This document shows positions 1 through 12,896 of a stretch of 64,000 bases of DNA, piece by piece. The notes beneath the pieces are model-generated. The model made no database searches, was not told where the DNA came from, and saw nothing but the letters and a program-made list of their open reading frames with translations. Location of the stretch: assembly GCF_964194155.1 (NCBI RefSeq), contig NC_135902.1:21018001-21082000 (forward strand). The letters are read 5' to 3'. Both the position numbers and the translations under genes were made by a program. This DNA is from Cetorhinus maximus. Lineage: Eukaryota. How positions within the stretch are numbered: the stretch's first letter is position 1; every line of letters begins with the position of its first letter.

Positions 1-426
1 TGGTGGGGGATTCAGCGATGACAATGCTGTTAAATGTCATGGGGAGATGGTTAGATCTCTGTGCCCAAGTGCAATAGAGTGATAGCATGACACTGTACCC
101 CAATATTATAAATTGACAGACCTGATTGCATGAACAACATATTCACTAATATTTTTTCAAGTGCATGGGTCCTTTAATTTTTTTGTGCAGCTTTGTGGTA
201 ACTTGAAGGGGGCAACTTGTAGTCAGCCTGCACGAGAAACTTTGGGTTGGTGTGCGGCCGTGCAGCTTACAGGAACATTGCCCACCAGTCCCACACCTCA
301 GTGTTATACAGTGATAGACTTGCACCCAGTGGTACTGTACCCGAGTTATACAGTGACAGACCTGTATCCACCAGTACTGTATCCCATTGTCATGAGACAG
401 TGACAGATCAGTAGCCAGCAATATTG

Positions 427-1660
427 GAACTAGAGATAGTTTAAGTAAGTTGTATTTGTATTGGTGGGTGTTAGGAATAAGCTATAGGTTTAAGTTTAAT
501 TTATATTTCTGTATTTGTGTGTTAAGGGAACCTGAGTTTTAGTTTCACTTTAATCTGATGCCTGCAATTCTAGGGGGTTTGTATACCTGCGTTCTAATAA
601 GGTTTGATGGGAAAGGTTTTAAGGAAAAACTATGTTGTTGCCTAGCAACAGGGGGGCCTAGAGACACAAAATAGCAGTTTTGGTTCGGTTGGAAGAAGGT
701 GCCAGAACAGGCAGGACATGAAAAGGGACAAAGAACAAGTCCCAAACTAAAGAAGCAGGTTCCAAGAGCCAGGCAGGGACAGGAAAAGGTCCCAAGATGA
801 CAGCTAAGTCAAGGAATAAGGACAGGGATCCAGAACAGATCCTGTTCAGTGAATTTAAAGTAAGGAGCAGAGGAGAAGGCTCCAAATGAAAGAGAGAGCG
901 CCGCTGGAAGCAGACTTAAAGTAAAATAGGCACGTGAGAAGCCAGAAGATCCAAGGAGACAGCCGAAGGTCTATAACTCTTTACTATGGGCATGTGAAGC
1001 AGTGGTGGTCTGTTGACACAGCTGAGTATCTGAGAGAGAGTGCTTGGAAGGTGAAGCTTGTTTGCACATGGCAATCCAGGGAAGAGGAACATTGGAAGGA
1101 GATCAGAACCCTGGAGGTGGACCCTTGTGGAAGGCATCTGAGAGAAAGCATCATTTGGGAGAAGATTCCAAAGCGAGTTCTTTGAGAATGGAGATTGGAA
1201 ACCCTTATGTGAAAGTCGGAGTTCAGTGAAAAGTTTGACTCATGGTGTGACAAGCATCTGGGGGGAGCTGATGAGAGATCCAGAACAGCTGTTTGGGGTG
1301 GCTTATTGTTACCTGGTTTTAGTGTGCTGTGTCTGACCACAGATCTCATTTTGGTTCACATGGGCTGTGTACTTACTGTGAACATTAGAGCTTAAGATAG
1401 CTTTTGCAACTTGTGTTATCCTAATTAATTTGTATACATCTGTAAAGGTATAGTTGTGGGTGAGGGAGTATTGTAATATAGTTAACCTTTTGTTTAATAA
1501 ATGTTTTATTCTTTTGTTAAAAGTTCATCAGCTGACTCCTGTGACTGCGTTCAGTAGCCACCCTCCATGTTTCTAAACAAAAAATAAAAGTTAGGATCTA
1601 TCAAGCCAGGTTCCACCCTGGGATCTGACTTGTCCAGTAGTATCAATTGGGATCGTAACA
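427..1660 (+). mobile_element. Solo-LTR-like sequence (LTR retrotransposon remnant)
   Basis: Non-coding insert that splits the minisatellite; AATAAA near the 3' end; terminates in ...GATCGTAACA; the 5' TG end is not clear. Confidence 0.5.
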
Positions 1661-1874
1661 AGAGTGACAGACCTGTACCCAGCAGTATTGTCCCCCAGTG
1701 TTATATAGTGACAGATCGGTACCCAGCAGTGTTGTCCCCATGTTCTATAGTGACGGACCTGTATCCAGTACAGTACCAGTGTTACATAGTGGCAACCTCT
1801 TCCCAGCAGTACATCCATGTTATACAGTGACAGACCTGTATCCCAGTGTTATAGTGACAGAGCTGCACCCAAGA

Positions 1875-2690
1875 TGTTGCTGGCTCAGCCAGCATTTATT
1901 GCTCATCCTTAATTGCCCTTGAGAAGGCTGTGGTGTGCTGCCTTCTTGAACCGCTATAGTCCATGTAGTGTAGGGACTGTAAACCCACAGTGCTCTTAAT
2001 AAGGGAGTTCCAGGATTTTGACCCAGCAACAATGAAGGAACAACGATATAGTTCCAAGTCAAGATGCTATGTGGCTTGGAGGGGAATTTACAGGTGGTGG
2101 TGTTCCCATGCACCTGCTGCCCTTGTCCTTCTAAGTGATAGAGGTTGTGGGTTTGGAAGGTGCTGTCAAAGGAACCTTGGTGCAGAGCATCTTGTAGATG
2201 GTAGACACTGCTGCCACTGTGCGTCAGTGGTGGAAGGAGTGAATGTTTAAGGTGGTGTGGATGGGCTGCCAATCAACAGGCTGTTTTGTCCTGGATGGTG
2301 TCAAGCTTTTTAAGTGTTGTTGAAGTTGTACTTATCCAGGCAAGTGGAGAGTGTGAAGATGGGACTTTGTTTCCACAAGAATTGTGCAGAGGTCACTCCT
2401 ACCACTGCTGTCATGGACAGATGCAGCTGTGACAGGTAGATTGGTGAGGATGAGGTCAAGTAGGTTTTTCCCTCTTGTTGGTTCCCTTATCATCTGCCGC
2501 AGACCCAGTCTAGCAGCTATGTCCTCTAGGACTCGGCCAGCTCGGTCAGTACTGGTGCTACTGAGCCCCTCTTGGTGATGGACAATAAAGCCCCCCAACC
2601 CTGATTACTTCTTATGCCCTTACTACTCTCAGTGCTTCTTCCAATCAGCTGGTCAAGGGGTGGGGGGTAGGTGGTAATCAGCAGAAGGTT
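1875..2690 (-). mobile_element. Degraded CR1/L2-group LINE fragment
   Basis: Endonuclease-like peptide MIREPTRGKNLLDLILTNLP; 3' end shared with 35390-35935, 52990-53080 and 63830-64000. Confidence 0.75.
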
Positions 2691-4212
2691 TTGTTATACA
2701 GTGATAGACCTATACCCACCAGTACTGTATCCAGGTAATACAGTTGTACCCAAAAGTATTGTACCCAGTGCTACATAGTGGCAAATCTGTACCCAGCAAT
2801 ACTGAACCCAGTAACTTACTTGTACACAGCAGTACTATATCGGTGTTGTACTGTAATAGACCTGTACCACCAGCTCGGCACTCGTGTCATTAAGTGACAG
2901 ACTTGTACCCAGCAGTCCTATACCAGTGACTGAAAATAAAACAAAGTGCTTGAAAAACTCAGATCTGGCAGCATCTGTAGAGAGAGAAACAGAGTTGACG
3001 TTTCAAGTCCAAAATGACTTCAGAACATCTCTAGCATCTGTAGTGCTTTGCTTTTATACAGTGACTGACCTGTACCAAGCAGTACTGTACCCCAGTGTAC
3101 ACAGGCACAGATCTGTATCCAGCAGTACTGTAACCCAGTGTTATATAGTGACTGGCCTGTATCCATGAGTACTGCATCCCAGTGTTTTACAGTGATAGAT
3201 CTGTACCCAGCAGTAACGTATTATAGCAGTAACAGTGATAGACCTATACCCACCAGTACTGTATCCAGGTAATACAGTTGTACCCAAAAGTACTGTACCC
3301 AGTGCTACATAGTGGCAAATCTGTACCCAGCAATACTGAACCCAGTAACTTATCTGTATTATAGAGATCCAAATGACCTCGACAACAAAATGCAAATTTG
3401 GAAGTACAAGACCTAGACTTAGAACCATAGAATACTACAGCACAGAAAAACAGGCCATTCGGCCCTTCTAGTCTGTGCCGAAATATTATTCCGCTAGTCC
3501 CATTGACCTGCACCCAGTCCATAACCCTCCAGACCTCTCCTTGTATGGCTGTATTGCATATTTTGAACTGGCACAGTTTGAAATTTCTGTAAATACAGCA
3601 TAACACTTCAGTGGCAATACTGAGTAGTTTAATCATCACATCATTGTCTCAAAAGTACAGTGACCCAATGAGAAAGAAAAAAACATTAACAAGATTTGTG
3701 AAATTTCACATAATTAAGTGTTTACTCAATAATTACAATACTGTATCCTTCCCCTCCCCTCAAAACCCACCTTAAAGTCACTGAGTGAAATCCATGCACA
3801 CAATGGTCCATAGGAAGAACAGAAAGGAATTCTCACAAAGCAGACTCAATAAAACAACCGTGGCTCTGCTTCCTCGTCACAAAGGAATGAGCAACATCGC
3901 AGGTCTGTTAAAGGCAATTAAATACATTGGTTGAATATATATACATTACACAACAACAAACCATAACACAGGGAGATTTGGCAGCTTTTACACTTAATTC
4001 TTGAGAGAAGAGCTGTGAGCCTCTCATAGGCTTCAAGCGAAAGGCAGAGAGGTTGAGTTCTTCAGTAAAATGAGCCCACTGATCAAGGAGGCTCATGTGA
4101 ACTGAAAGCATCGAGGCCAGTGTCAGAGTATGGCAAAGGTTTGGTGTCCCCAGCAAGTGGAAGATTCCTCTTCAAGGTTCAGAATGTAAATAGCAATTAC
4201 GATCCAGTAAGG

Positions 4213-4242
4213 TCACATTCTCGAGCCTCGCTCTTGCAGAAT
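4213..4242 (-). CDS. KCTD2: KCTD2 coding exon 6 (terminal)
   Basis: AAACAG|ATTCTG...ATG TGA; ILQERGSRM* is the conserved family C-terminus. Confidence 0.93.
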   Translation of the reverse strand: MLQERGSRM

Positions 4243-7200
4243 CTGTTTCCAAAAATAATATCAGGAGACAAGTTCATTAGAATTTTTTAGGAGTAGGAAA
4301 AGGTTGGTAGGTCAAACAAACCCAACTGTTTTGGTAGATCTCAACCCCACTGTGTCAAAATATTCCCTGATCGCTTCTCTCCAGGGGTCCACCTATCTCC
4401 ACATTTGTATGTTCCACATTCTAACCAGTAACAACAAAACGCAAAGAATATCTCAAACTGCCTCAACTTGACTGCATGAGGTTGGCATGTCTTGCGATGG
4501 CGAGAGCAAGCGGGTGAGAGAGAATTAGAGGTGAATGGAGGGCAGAGCGATACCTTGGCTTTTTCACTGGGCTCTATGACAATTCCATTGGTCGAGTTAT
4601 TCAGTTCCCTGGAGACAACGCAAAGGAATTCAGCCTGATCTTCGTTGCCATAGTTATAGGAGGATCCAATGCTAATGAGCTGAGAGACAACGCAGAATTT
4701 AAATTAGCAGCAATAGGCACAATAGGGTACCAGGTACAATTACACACTTTTATTACAGTCTTTCACTGCATGGAAGTTTTCTCCCACAATGTAATTAGAT
4801 ACCACAACCATCTGAGTGGAGGATCTCTCCAGACATAGCGACCTCGAGACTTGAACACAAAATTCAGGCCAGCTCTCCCATTTCAGTAGAGGGAGAGCTG
4901 CACTGTCGGCGGTGCTCTCATCAGATGAAACATTAAAGCTTACCCATGGTACGAACTAAGTAGCTCACAAACACTGCTTGCTCGCACATCGAATGTGACA
5001 GTAGATGGTATGGGGAAGCTATGATTTTGTTGCAGACATGCCAGAAAAATCCCACCAAGAAGTGAAGGTCCTACACACTACAAAATGGGATAAGAATCTT
5101 CTGGTTATTGTAGGAAAACCAGAAACATATTCAGTTTCTCTGCTCACGGCGACCAGTGGAACTCTCCCACAGAGGGCACAGATCTGAAAGAAAGCATTTC
5201 AAAACTGGCACATAAAAATAGTTGTGGTTCCAGTGGATGGAAAGTTTATTCTACTGGCAGTTCCCAACCAGCTGGTGTATAACACAAAGCCACCCATTCA
5301 GCAACATGCTGCCTATAAATGATCTCATCCACACACCATGGGATCTGTAACTACACACTGTAATACACTGGTGAAATCACACTATATGATATCAGCATTT
5401 ATTCACTTGCTAATATCACACAGCATGATTTGCCCTGTAGTTGCTATGTGTGGATGAGCACTTGTGTCCAAATTTGCTATACCAAGGCATTTAGCACCAT
5501 TTATAATAAACATCCTCTTTAATTAAAATAGCTGGGAGGAATTTCTCATAAGCATACCTGCCTGTTAATATCACATTGCAGAAATGCATCCCAATACTAT
5601 CCACACAGCAATAAACTGAGTGAAGAACATTATTCAAGGGTTTATATGAACACAGGTTATAGGGGACTAGAATGACCTGGGCAACTCCCATCCTACATAT
5701 CAGGATGTAGAGGGATAAAAGCCAATTCCCACCTTACATAACACAGGGATGTAGGGGCCACAGAAGCAGTCCTCACTGACCGTTCCAACAAACCCAGGCT
5801 ATACTCTGCCTCACATAGCCCCCAACTGCCCTTTTCACCAAAAACCTACCCCATTTCCATTTGAATTTGCTGATTGTCCAGCAAGATAGTGGAGAGTGAA
5901 CAATCTGTTGCACATATTCCCCACCCTCTGTCAACTCCATTCTGTTTATCCGCCCTCTTCTGTGTTTTAAGCCAGAGACCCCTAGTCAGGGTTTATCTCC
6001 ACTTTTTCATTATTTAAGTCAAGCTGTTTCCCTTAGAATCCTGACACCTCAAACAGCTCCACTCAGTTTAAATATTTGCTATGATTCCAATTCCCAGTAT
6101 TAGTTTGGTTGCCTTCAACGTACTGTCGCAACTGTGGTTGCACAGTTTGCTGATGGTTTCAACAGCTACCCAGCCAATACCACAGATCCCTAGTTAACAT
6201 TAACTGATAATTAAGGTGGTACCTGCTCAAATTTCCAACCATCCGACATTGTAGAAACCATCTGGGTTAGTTCCTCCTCCTGACATTGCAGGACACGGTA
6301 AACGTGTTTAACTGGACCCTGTAGAGGACATCACACAGTTAAATACACTAGCATTGTAATTCTCATTAATGCAAAAAGCAGTCAGAGACAAAAAGAGACT
6401 AAACCGCCACTTCTCTTTCCTCCTTTGCTCAATGCTTTTGGTCATCTGCCCTAATTATAGGGCTGAGTGTCAAATTTTGTTTGATAACACTCTATGAAGC
6501 ACCTCGGGACTTTTTACTACATTAAAGGTGCTGTATAAATACAAGTTGTTGTTGCTGCTACTAGTCACACCAAGCTTGAATATTATTCAGGTCTTGCTGC
6601 ATGTAGGCAAGGACTGCTTCATTATCTGAAGAATTGTGAATGAAACTGAACACTGTACAATCATTAGCAAACATCCCCATGATTCACCCTGTTGCTATGT
6701 GTGGATGGTAAAAAGAAAGCAGCTGAAGGTAACAGCGATGGCCTGGAACTAAGATGATTGGCTTCCAACAATCATCTTCCTTTGTCCTTGGTATGACCAG
6801 AGTCAATGGTGAGTTTTCTCCCTGATCCCACTGACCTTAGACTGGTTTTCAGAGAGTTGTCAGAAACCCAGGCTTTCAGTACTCGGCTTTTGATGAAATA
6901 AATGACCAAACAGTCAATGCCGGACAGGCGCTCACCTGTGAGGTCCTATTTTCCAGGTCCCTAATGCGTTCTTTGACCAATCGAACAAGTAATGCAATGT
7001 TATAAAACTCAGCCTCCTCCAGCACTCCTAGAAGTATAGAGCAGAGATTAGAAAACACTTAGCCAGGGCCTGACTTCACCAGCAATAGGATCACAAGCTC
7101 AGTGACTACTTGGCATCAGTTCAAACATTGCCTCAAGCATAAAATTCTACCAAAAAGACAGTTTTCCCCAGCTCTAATTCTGCCATGGCGTGCACAGTGC

Positions 7201-10200
7201 AGAGATGTCCAATGTCCAAAAAATACTCAATACCCAACCTCACACCGGGCCCAACATTCAACTTCATTCTGGGTCCAATACCAATCTCACTCTGTGCCTG
7301 TGGTGGTTTCCAGTAGAGCCATGACTATTCTTATGTGCCAGTTTTGAAATGCTTAGGCTCAAGCCTAAGGTAGAACTACTTCACCAACCAGTCGGAGGTG
7401 GACTAATTCACTATTGGGCGAGGTTTTGCTTGGAGATGAGGGAAAAGAGTACAACAAATTTTATTTGGGTGGATGGAATCCATCTGGCATACTCAAAGTG
7501 CAGCCTTCAACTTTCCTTGTCTTATCAGCAGGATAACTGACCAGCTTTCACACTAAGTGACACAGCTGTCTAATTCAGGTATTGGACAGACTTCACAGGC
7601 CGACTTTTCATCTGGGCTCGGGAAAATTCGACCTGCTCACTTTCACAGCTTGCAAAATGCATACCCAACCCATGTGTAACTTTATGAGGGGTTTTCACAC
7701 AGGAGTCAGGTCCACTGGGCATTCTGAAAGCCACATTTGAGTGTGTGAAGAGTGTGGGGGTGCGGAGGTGGGCCAGTTAGATGGTCCGCCCAGGTTCTTC
7801 AACACAGCAGCCCAGCTCCTAACATCGTTTATCCCTCCAATGCCACCTCTACACTCCCCCAATGCCACCTCTATGGCCCTCATGTATCCTCCATAGTCAC
7901 TTGCCCAGTTCTCAGGAGCCATGCAATAGCAATGAGAATTATTTTTAAATTACTGGAAAACTATTAAACCTCTAACAATCTAAGAAAACCTTGAATTTAA
8001 ACTTAATATCAATGATACTGGTCCAAAAAAACTCAAGGGAGAAGGAAGTTGTAATCCTTTGAGTGTTGATTAGGTTAGGTTAAGAAAACAAAAATACATA
8101 ATCTGTTATTATAGGCTCATAAAAGTTTAAATAGTCCTTTGATCAATAAGACCACCCGCTGAGCTGAAACTTTGAAACCCAGCCAAGCATTCATAACGGA
8201 ACAACAATGGAATAACACAAGCTTCCAGCTCCACTGACAGAACAGACAGTTATTTCCATTTCAAAGGACGGTACCTGTCAATTAATGGAGGGGAAGCATG
8301 TGCAGGCCATTTTTTCCACCTTCAGTAGCAGGGTTTAAAAAAAAACAGCCAGATCTGCCAGTCCAATTAATCAGAGCACAAAAAGCTGAAAGCAGAGGAC
8401 ATTTTTTAATACATTATGGTACTTTCTCCTTTGGAAAAGTACTGTAATGCATCTGAACAATTACAAAATGCTGTTCAATGTAAGGGTCAGCTTACCTTTG
8501 TCGGACAGATCCCCATGATGGGTCACTGCATTAAACACACATCTATATTACAGTACAGCATCTAGTGACATCTGAAAGTGTGTAAACATTTCACACTTAC
8601 CTTTCAGAATGTTCCTGACACCTTAGCAGGCTTTCCATTTTCTTCATGAACTCTCAAACCTGGCGTGTTTTTAATGATCTTCCAAAACCCCGCACCACCA
8701 GACAAAAATGGCATGCGGGAGGAAATCTGATTTTCGAGCCTCATTTAAAATGGGGAACCCAACCTCAGCGGGGGCAGGAGTGCATTTTGCACACTAGCCA
8801 TTCCCAACCTGCAAATAGGCCAGAGGAAAATGGCGCGGGGTCAGGAATGCAGAGAAAGATCTGATTTTTTTTGGAGGAAATCCAAGTGTGTCATTCACAG
8901 ACTGAAACCCGTCTCTGCACCCAGATGAAAATTCAGCCCCATGTTTACTTCAGATTGCTGCAGCAATCTTCACCAGTGCCTGTGTACCATATCTGATGCA
9001 AATGTCATTTTAGCTGTTTCAGATCATCCTCTGCAGCAGCCTAGGCAAAGTATGGTCAGCCCCACTGACATTAGGGATTTAGAAACCCAAATCAAGTCCC
9101 ACACATCCAAAATATTACTGGTTTCAGTGGGCACTAATGACACCCCAAATCGATCATTCGCCTTGGTTATAAGCAACTGCTGTGTGTTGGGATAGAGGTT
9201 TTTTACACGATTCTTCAATTTCGACACATATTTCAGCTAAATTTATAACACACTAAGGCACAGCTGACCATGACATTTAGAATAACATTTCTAGGGCAAA
9301 TGTTTTTCTGTTACTTCTGCAATCAAGTCTTGACCTCATTGACAACCCCTCAAGATGCAATCTCCTAGAGGACTGGGTTTATCAATCAAACCTCACAATC
9401 AACTCACTGCTCTAGATCCTACCTTACTAAGTATTTTGTGTGTTTATCAACGTGAGATTGTTCATGCTGGGTGATGCAGCACTTTTCATTTCAGGCACCC
9501 AGTGTCAGCGTCATTGAATCAAAAGCAGCCCGTTGGCCTACTGAACCAACCAATTTTCAGTGTGGCAGCCCCATACCAATTATAATCTGCTTTTTCTCTT
9601 AACATTTAAGGTTATGCATTCAATGTCCAACATGCCTCCATCCTCCTACACCAGATTTACAGGCCATTTGCTGTTTGTAGGATGCTGGAATGTGCTCCAG
9701 CATCCTACAAATCAAAATCCTGCATCAGCTGTGGCTCAGTACTTACACTCTTTCCTCTGCTTCAGAAGATTATGGGTTCAAGCTCCACTTTAGAGACTTG
9801 AGGCCCATAATCCAGGCTGATACTCCAGCATAGTACTGAGGGAGTGCTGCACCATCTGCGGTGCTGTCTTTTGGATGTTAAATCAAGGCCCCATCTACCC
9901 CCTCAGGTGGGTCGAGTCCTGACCAATATTCATCTCATAACCAACAATCACTAAACTAAATTATTTGATCATTATCTTATTGTTTGTGGGAGCTTGCTGT
10001 GCACAAACTAGCTGCCACATTTCTCTACACTGAAGTACTTTGGGACATCCTTAGGTTGTGAAAGACGATATATAAATGAACTTTCTTAATCACTAAACAG
10101 TAATGCAAGATCCAAAAATTCAGCCTGGCTAGGATTCTAATTGTACTAATTTAGTAATTGTCACCAAATTCAGCAAGCCCACCATAGGCCTAAAGTCCTA

Positions 10201-12763
10201 ATCAATGTCAGGGCCAAAGTCTAACACAGTACTCACCTGAAATGTTCACATCAGTGGGCGGGAATCAGAAAGAATTCCAATCATCTGAAATGAGGGCTTG
10301 TTAGTGTGCTGTATCAAACTTTTTTCTGAGTCCATCAGGGAGAATGTGGACATAAGAGGGGTGCCAATCCCAGGCAGTGGAGGCATGCAGGTCAATGCCT
10401 CCCTGTACATGGACAAAATCATCGTTTTTTGCTCAGATCCGCTGTCGGTGCGCAGACTGATGAGCATCTGTGACTAGTTCAGACAGGCTTCAGGAGCCAA
10501 AGTAAATTATGGCAAGAGCGAGGTCATGCTCTTTGGCAGCTGGACCGATCGATCCTTTATCCCCTTCACTGTCAGATCAGACAACCTGAAGGTACTTGGG
10601 ATATATATCGGAGGGGCCAGGCATGCACCAAAAATGAGAAGGAGCATGTAGCAAAGGTAAAAACAAAAACTCGGCATGTGGAGCCTCACTCTCCAGATAG
10701 GAATTTGGTTATAAGGTGCAGGATGCTCTCAGTGTTGCTGGATATGGCAGGTCCAGCCCATACCCAACTCCGGCATCATAGCTATCATACTAGCCATCTT
10801 CCACTTCGTCTGGAGGTAGAAAATGGACTGTATCCACAGGGCCACAATGTACAAATCTCTAGACAGGGAGACTATTGCTGAGATTCTATCTGTTCCTGGT
10901 GTTGCAAAGGATGGGTCGGATATATTGCCGCAGAACACTCCAGCCAGTTGGACCACCTATCCCCCATGGAAAAGTTTATGCAGAAAAGCGCCGTTCACTA
11001 CAAGTCCATCAGATAGTGATCCGCATTTAATGTCCTCGAGTCCCTGCATGAAAATGAGATGGTTCCCCGAGCAGACGGTAAAACTCATTTGTAAGAATGC
11101 CTCATCGTCAGAGCTTTCAAACAAGCACCAAGTTTGGCTGGTGGTAAGAAAGGCCCTCCCCATCAGATCCTTCCTGCACACCCAGCATCTCACCCACTCT
11201 GCACGCTGCCCTTGAGGCAGCTGCAGTGGGAAGAGACCATTGCCCACCTCCACGTTGAATGCAGTGGTTTTTGTTGAGGTTTATCTTGAGCAGCTCTGTG
11301 GGCTGTTCTCAGGGATGCACAGAGATAAACATCAACTCAGTGAAAGACACTCTTTGGTCTGTCCGAAACCTGTTGGTCTTCTATTGTAAAGGGTTGTGCA
11401 TGACCGAGTGTTGCAGACTAGCAAATTTCAAAGTCCAGGACTATTTGCTGAGGGATGCACTAAAGCTTGGGGCTGCCGCCGCAAAGTTCAATGGGGAAAG
11501 GACACTGTCTGAGGTCCACCTGCTATTGTATACCGAGGGACTGGAAACTATGTAAAACCCCATAGTAATATCTTTGTCATGGATATTGTAAATATCATAT
11601 GTAATTGCAATTGTTTTGAGGCACCTCTATATGCCACATGCTGTATGCAAAGAACTTGAACTGTATTGCACTTCTGGTAATATCCAATTTGAACTGTTAT
11701 GTAATGTACTGATACAATTTTTAATGAAAAGTCTATTCTTGGGAAACAAAACAATATCTGGATTATTCTCATTTCCCATGCCCAGTCAACCCCTATGACA
11801 ATATTTTAATGTCAATCCCTGACAGTGTGGCGGGTTATGTTTTAGCAGGTTTTCAGCTCTCACCCTCCTCTGCCAAGTCCTTGTTAATGATCAGCTTGCC
11901 ATGTCGCAGGTAGTTAAGGATCGGGCCAAAGTAACTCGGGTCTCTGTCTATAAGATAGGCACCAGTTTCATCCTGTAAAACATGGAGAGAAAACAAAATA
12001 CAGAAACTACAACACGAAAGGACCTCACACAAACCAAAGCCAAGTTTTGAATGTAGTATGGTAGCATGTGAGCACTGGTTATGTATTTTTTCAATTATGA
12101 CACGCAGATCCTGTTTGTAAACCTGGTTTGGGGCAGAAAGGGTGCATGGTGGGAACAGCAATGCCTCCTTGCAGGAATTGCCTGTCTTTTACCAGGAACC
12201 GAGGAGGATCCGGAACATGGTCACCTCCAGCCAGAGCTCGCTCCCATCAGGAGTGGCAGCTACAAAATCCCGACCCCTATAAGCATGGGCGTAAGTGGCT
12301 GATGGGCAGCATATTGTAGTTGGCGAGGTGACCAGAGTTGGGGGTTTATTGGATGGCAGATGGAACAGGCTGGATTTTGCCGGAGGAATTGGTACAGCTT
12401 GTTTCCTGCCACTGCATCTGGTTCGCAGCCACTTGGTCTATCCAGGTGATTCCCATCCGAACTGACACCTGTTCAGACGGAATTTCTCACCGAAGGGATG
12501 ATTGATCACCATACAGACATTGGAATAATTGGTCACCATGGAGACGGGTTGGCCACCATTACCTTATCCGAGTCCAGGTCCGGGTCCTCCTGGCACAGGC
12601 GGCACAGGAAGGATTTAGGGTCCCTGCACAGGGTTTGCTTAGTGCTGACAAAATACGTTCCGCCCACGTTCAGCCGAACCCATTTGTTGGCCGTTTTGTC
12701 GCCGGACCCGGGAGTACTGGCGCCATTACCGCCCGGAGGCCCCGAGTTTTGCAGCTCCGCCAT
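4213..12763 (-). CDS. KCTD2: BTB/POZ domain-containing protein KCTD2; 6 coding exons (12563-12763, 11864-11972, 6936-7027, 6223-6318, 4554-4679, 4213-4242), 654 nt = 217 aa
   Basis: Spliced translation MAELQNSG...[41 protein letters not shown]|[37 protein letters not shown]|[30 protein letters not shown]|[32 protein letters not shown]|[42 protein letters not shown]|ILQERGSRM*. All introns are GT-AG with consistent phases. KCTD2/5/17 family; head-to-head position with ATP5PD favours KCTD2. Confidence 0.96.
4554..4679 (-). CDS. KCTD2: KCTD2 coding exon 5 (126 nt)
   Basis: CTCAG|CTCATT...AAG|GTATCG; [29 protein letters not shown]. Confidence 0.95.
6223..6318 (-). CDS. KCTD2: KCTD2 coding exon 4 (96 nt)
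   Basis: CTACAG|GGTCCA...GAGCAG|GTACCA; [32 protein letters not shown]. Confidence 0.95.
6936..7027 (-). CDS. KCTD2: KCTD2 coding exon 3 (92 nt)
   Basis: TAG|GAGTG...CAG|GTGAGC; [21 protein letters not shown]. Confidence 0.95.
7597..8939. mobile_element. Non-autonomous DNA transposon (PIF/Harbinger-type) in KCTD2 intron 2
   Basis: Terminal inverted repeats AGGCCGACTTTTCATCTGGG and CCCAGATGAAAATTCAGCCC; possible 3-bp TSD CAC/CAT. Confidence 0.6.
9727..10090 (+). mobile_element. tRNA-derived SINE (DeuSINE/SacSINE1-like)
   Basis: A/B-box-like GTGGCTCAG...GGTTCAAG head and a core GTACTGAGGGAGTGCTGCA...GTCTTT-GGATG; further copies at about 26165, 33985 (minus), 41652 and 51866. Confidence 0.7.
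10245..11755 (+). mobile_element. Degraded Tx1/L1-clade non-LTR retrotransposon 3' fragment in KCTD2 intron 2
   Basis: SLYMD RT-like motif near 10400; C-terminal [15 protein letters not shown]...RCP...ETIAHL zinc knuckle; A-rich tail; frameshifts and stops. Confidence 0.7.
11864..11972 (-). CDS. KCTD2: KCTD2 coding exon 2 (109 nt)
   Basis: TTTTACAG|GATGAA...GAGG|GTGAGA; [27 protein letters not shown]. Confidence 0.96.
12563..12763 (-). CDS. KCTD2: KCTD2 coding exon 1
   Basis: ATG at 12763-12761; BTB start [11 protein letters not shown]; donor AAG|GTAATG. Confidence 0.95.
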
Positions 12764-12860
12764 TAGGCCGCCATTTCCGGAAATACCGGGTCAACACCGC
12801 ACTTGCGGTCTGTTTCCGGGGTCGAGGTGATGTATTTCCGTTTCTGCATCGCCATCTTGC
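12764..12860. promoter_or_regulatory. CpG-rich bidirectional promoter shared by KCTD2 and ATP5PD, with ETS/GABP-like and YY1-like motifs
   Basis: Palindromic TTTCCGGAAA at 12774-12783, TTTCCGG at 12813-12819 and ATTTCCG at 12834-12840; YY1-like CCGCCATTT at 12768-12776 and CGCCATCTT at 12850-12858; local CpG enrichment. Confidence 0.8.
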
Positions 12861-12896
12861 TGCCCTTGGTGGATTCAGGAGCCGCTGTAGGGACAG
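12840..12896 (+). other. ATP5PD: ATP5PD non-coding exon 1 (5' boundary approximate)
   Basis: Strong donor CAG|GTGAGG at 12896/12897; the ATG lies 9 nt inside the next exon, which requires an upstream non-coding exon. Confidence 0.7.

Larger units (their letters stand above)
300..3355 (+). repeat. Degenerate ~42-44-bp minisatellite arrays (consensus about TTATACAGTGACAGACCTGTACCCACCAGTACTGTACCCCAGTG), interrupted by mobile elements
   Basis: Units at about 300-425, 1661-1870, 2692-2930 and 3054-3355; 118-bp near-exact duplication 2701-2818 vs 3235-3352. Confidence 0.85.

Noticed and set aside
300-3355. Periodic short repeats resembling a CRISPR array
   Set aside because: Degenerate head-to-tail minisatellite with no unique spacers and no cas genes, in vertebrate DNA.
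3628-3633. ATTAAA (minus strand) as the KCTD2 poly(A) signal
   Set aside because: Plausible but cannot be told apart from chance without transcript data, so not listed as a feature.
9727-9800. tRNA gene (also at about 41652 and 51866)
   Set aside because: A/B-box-like heads run into a SINE body and do not form a proper cloverleaf.
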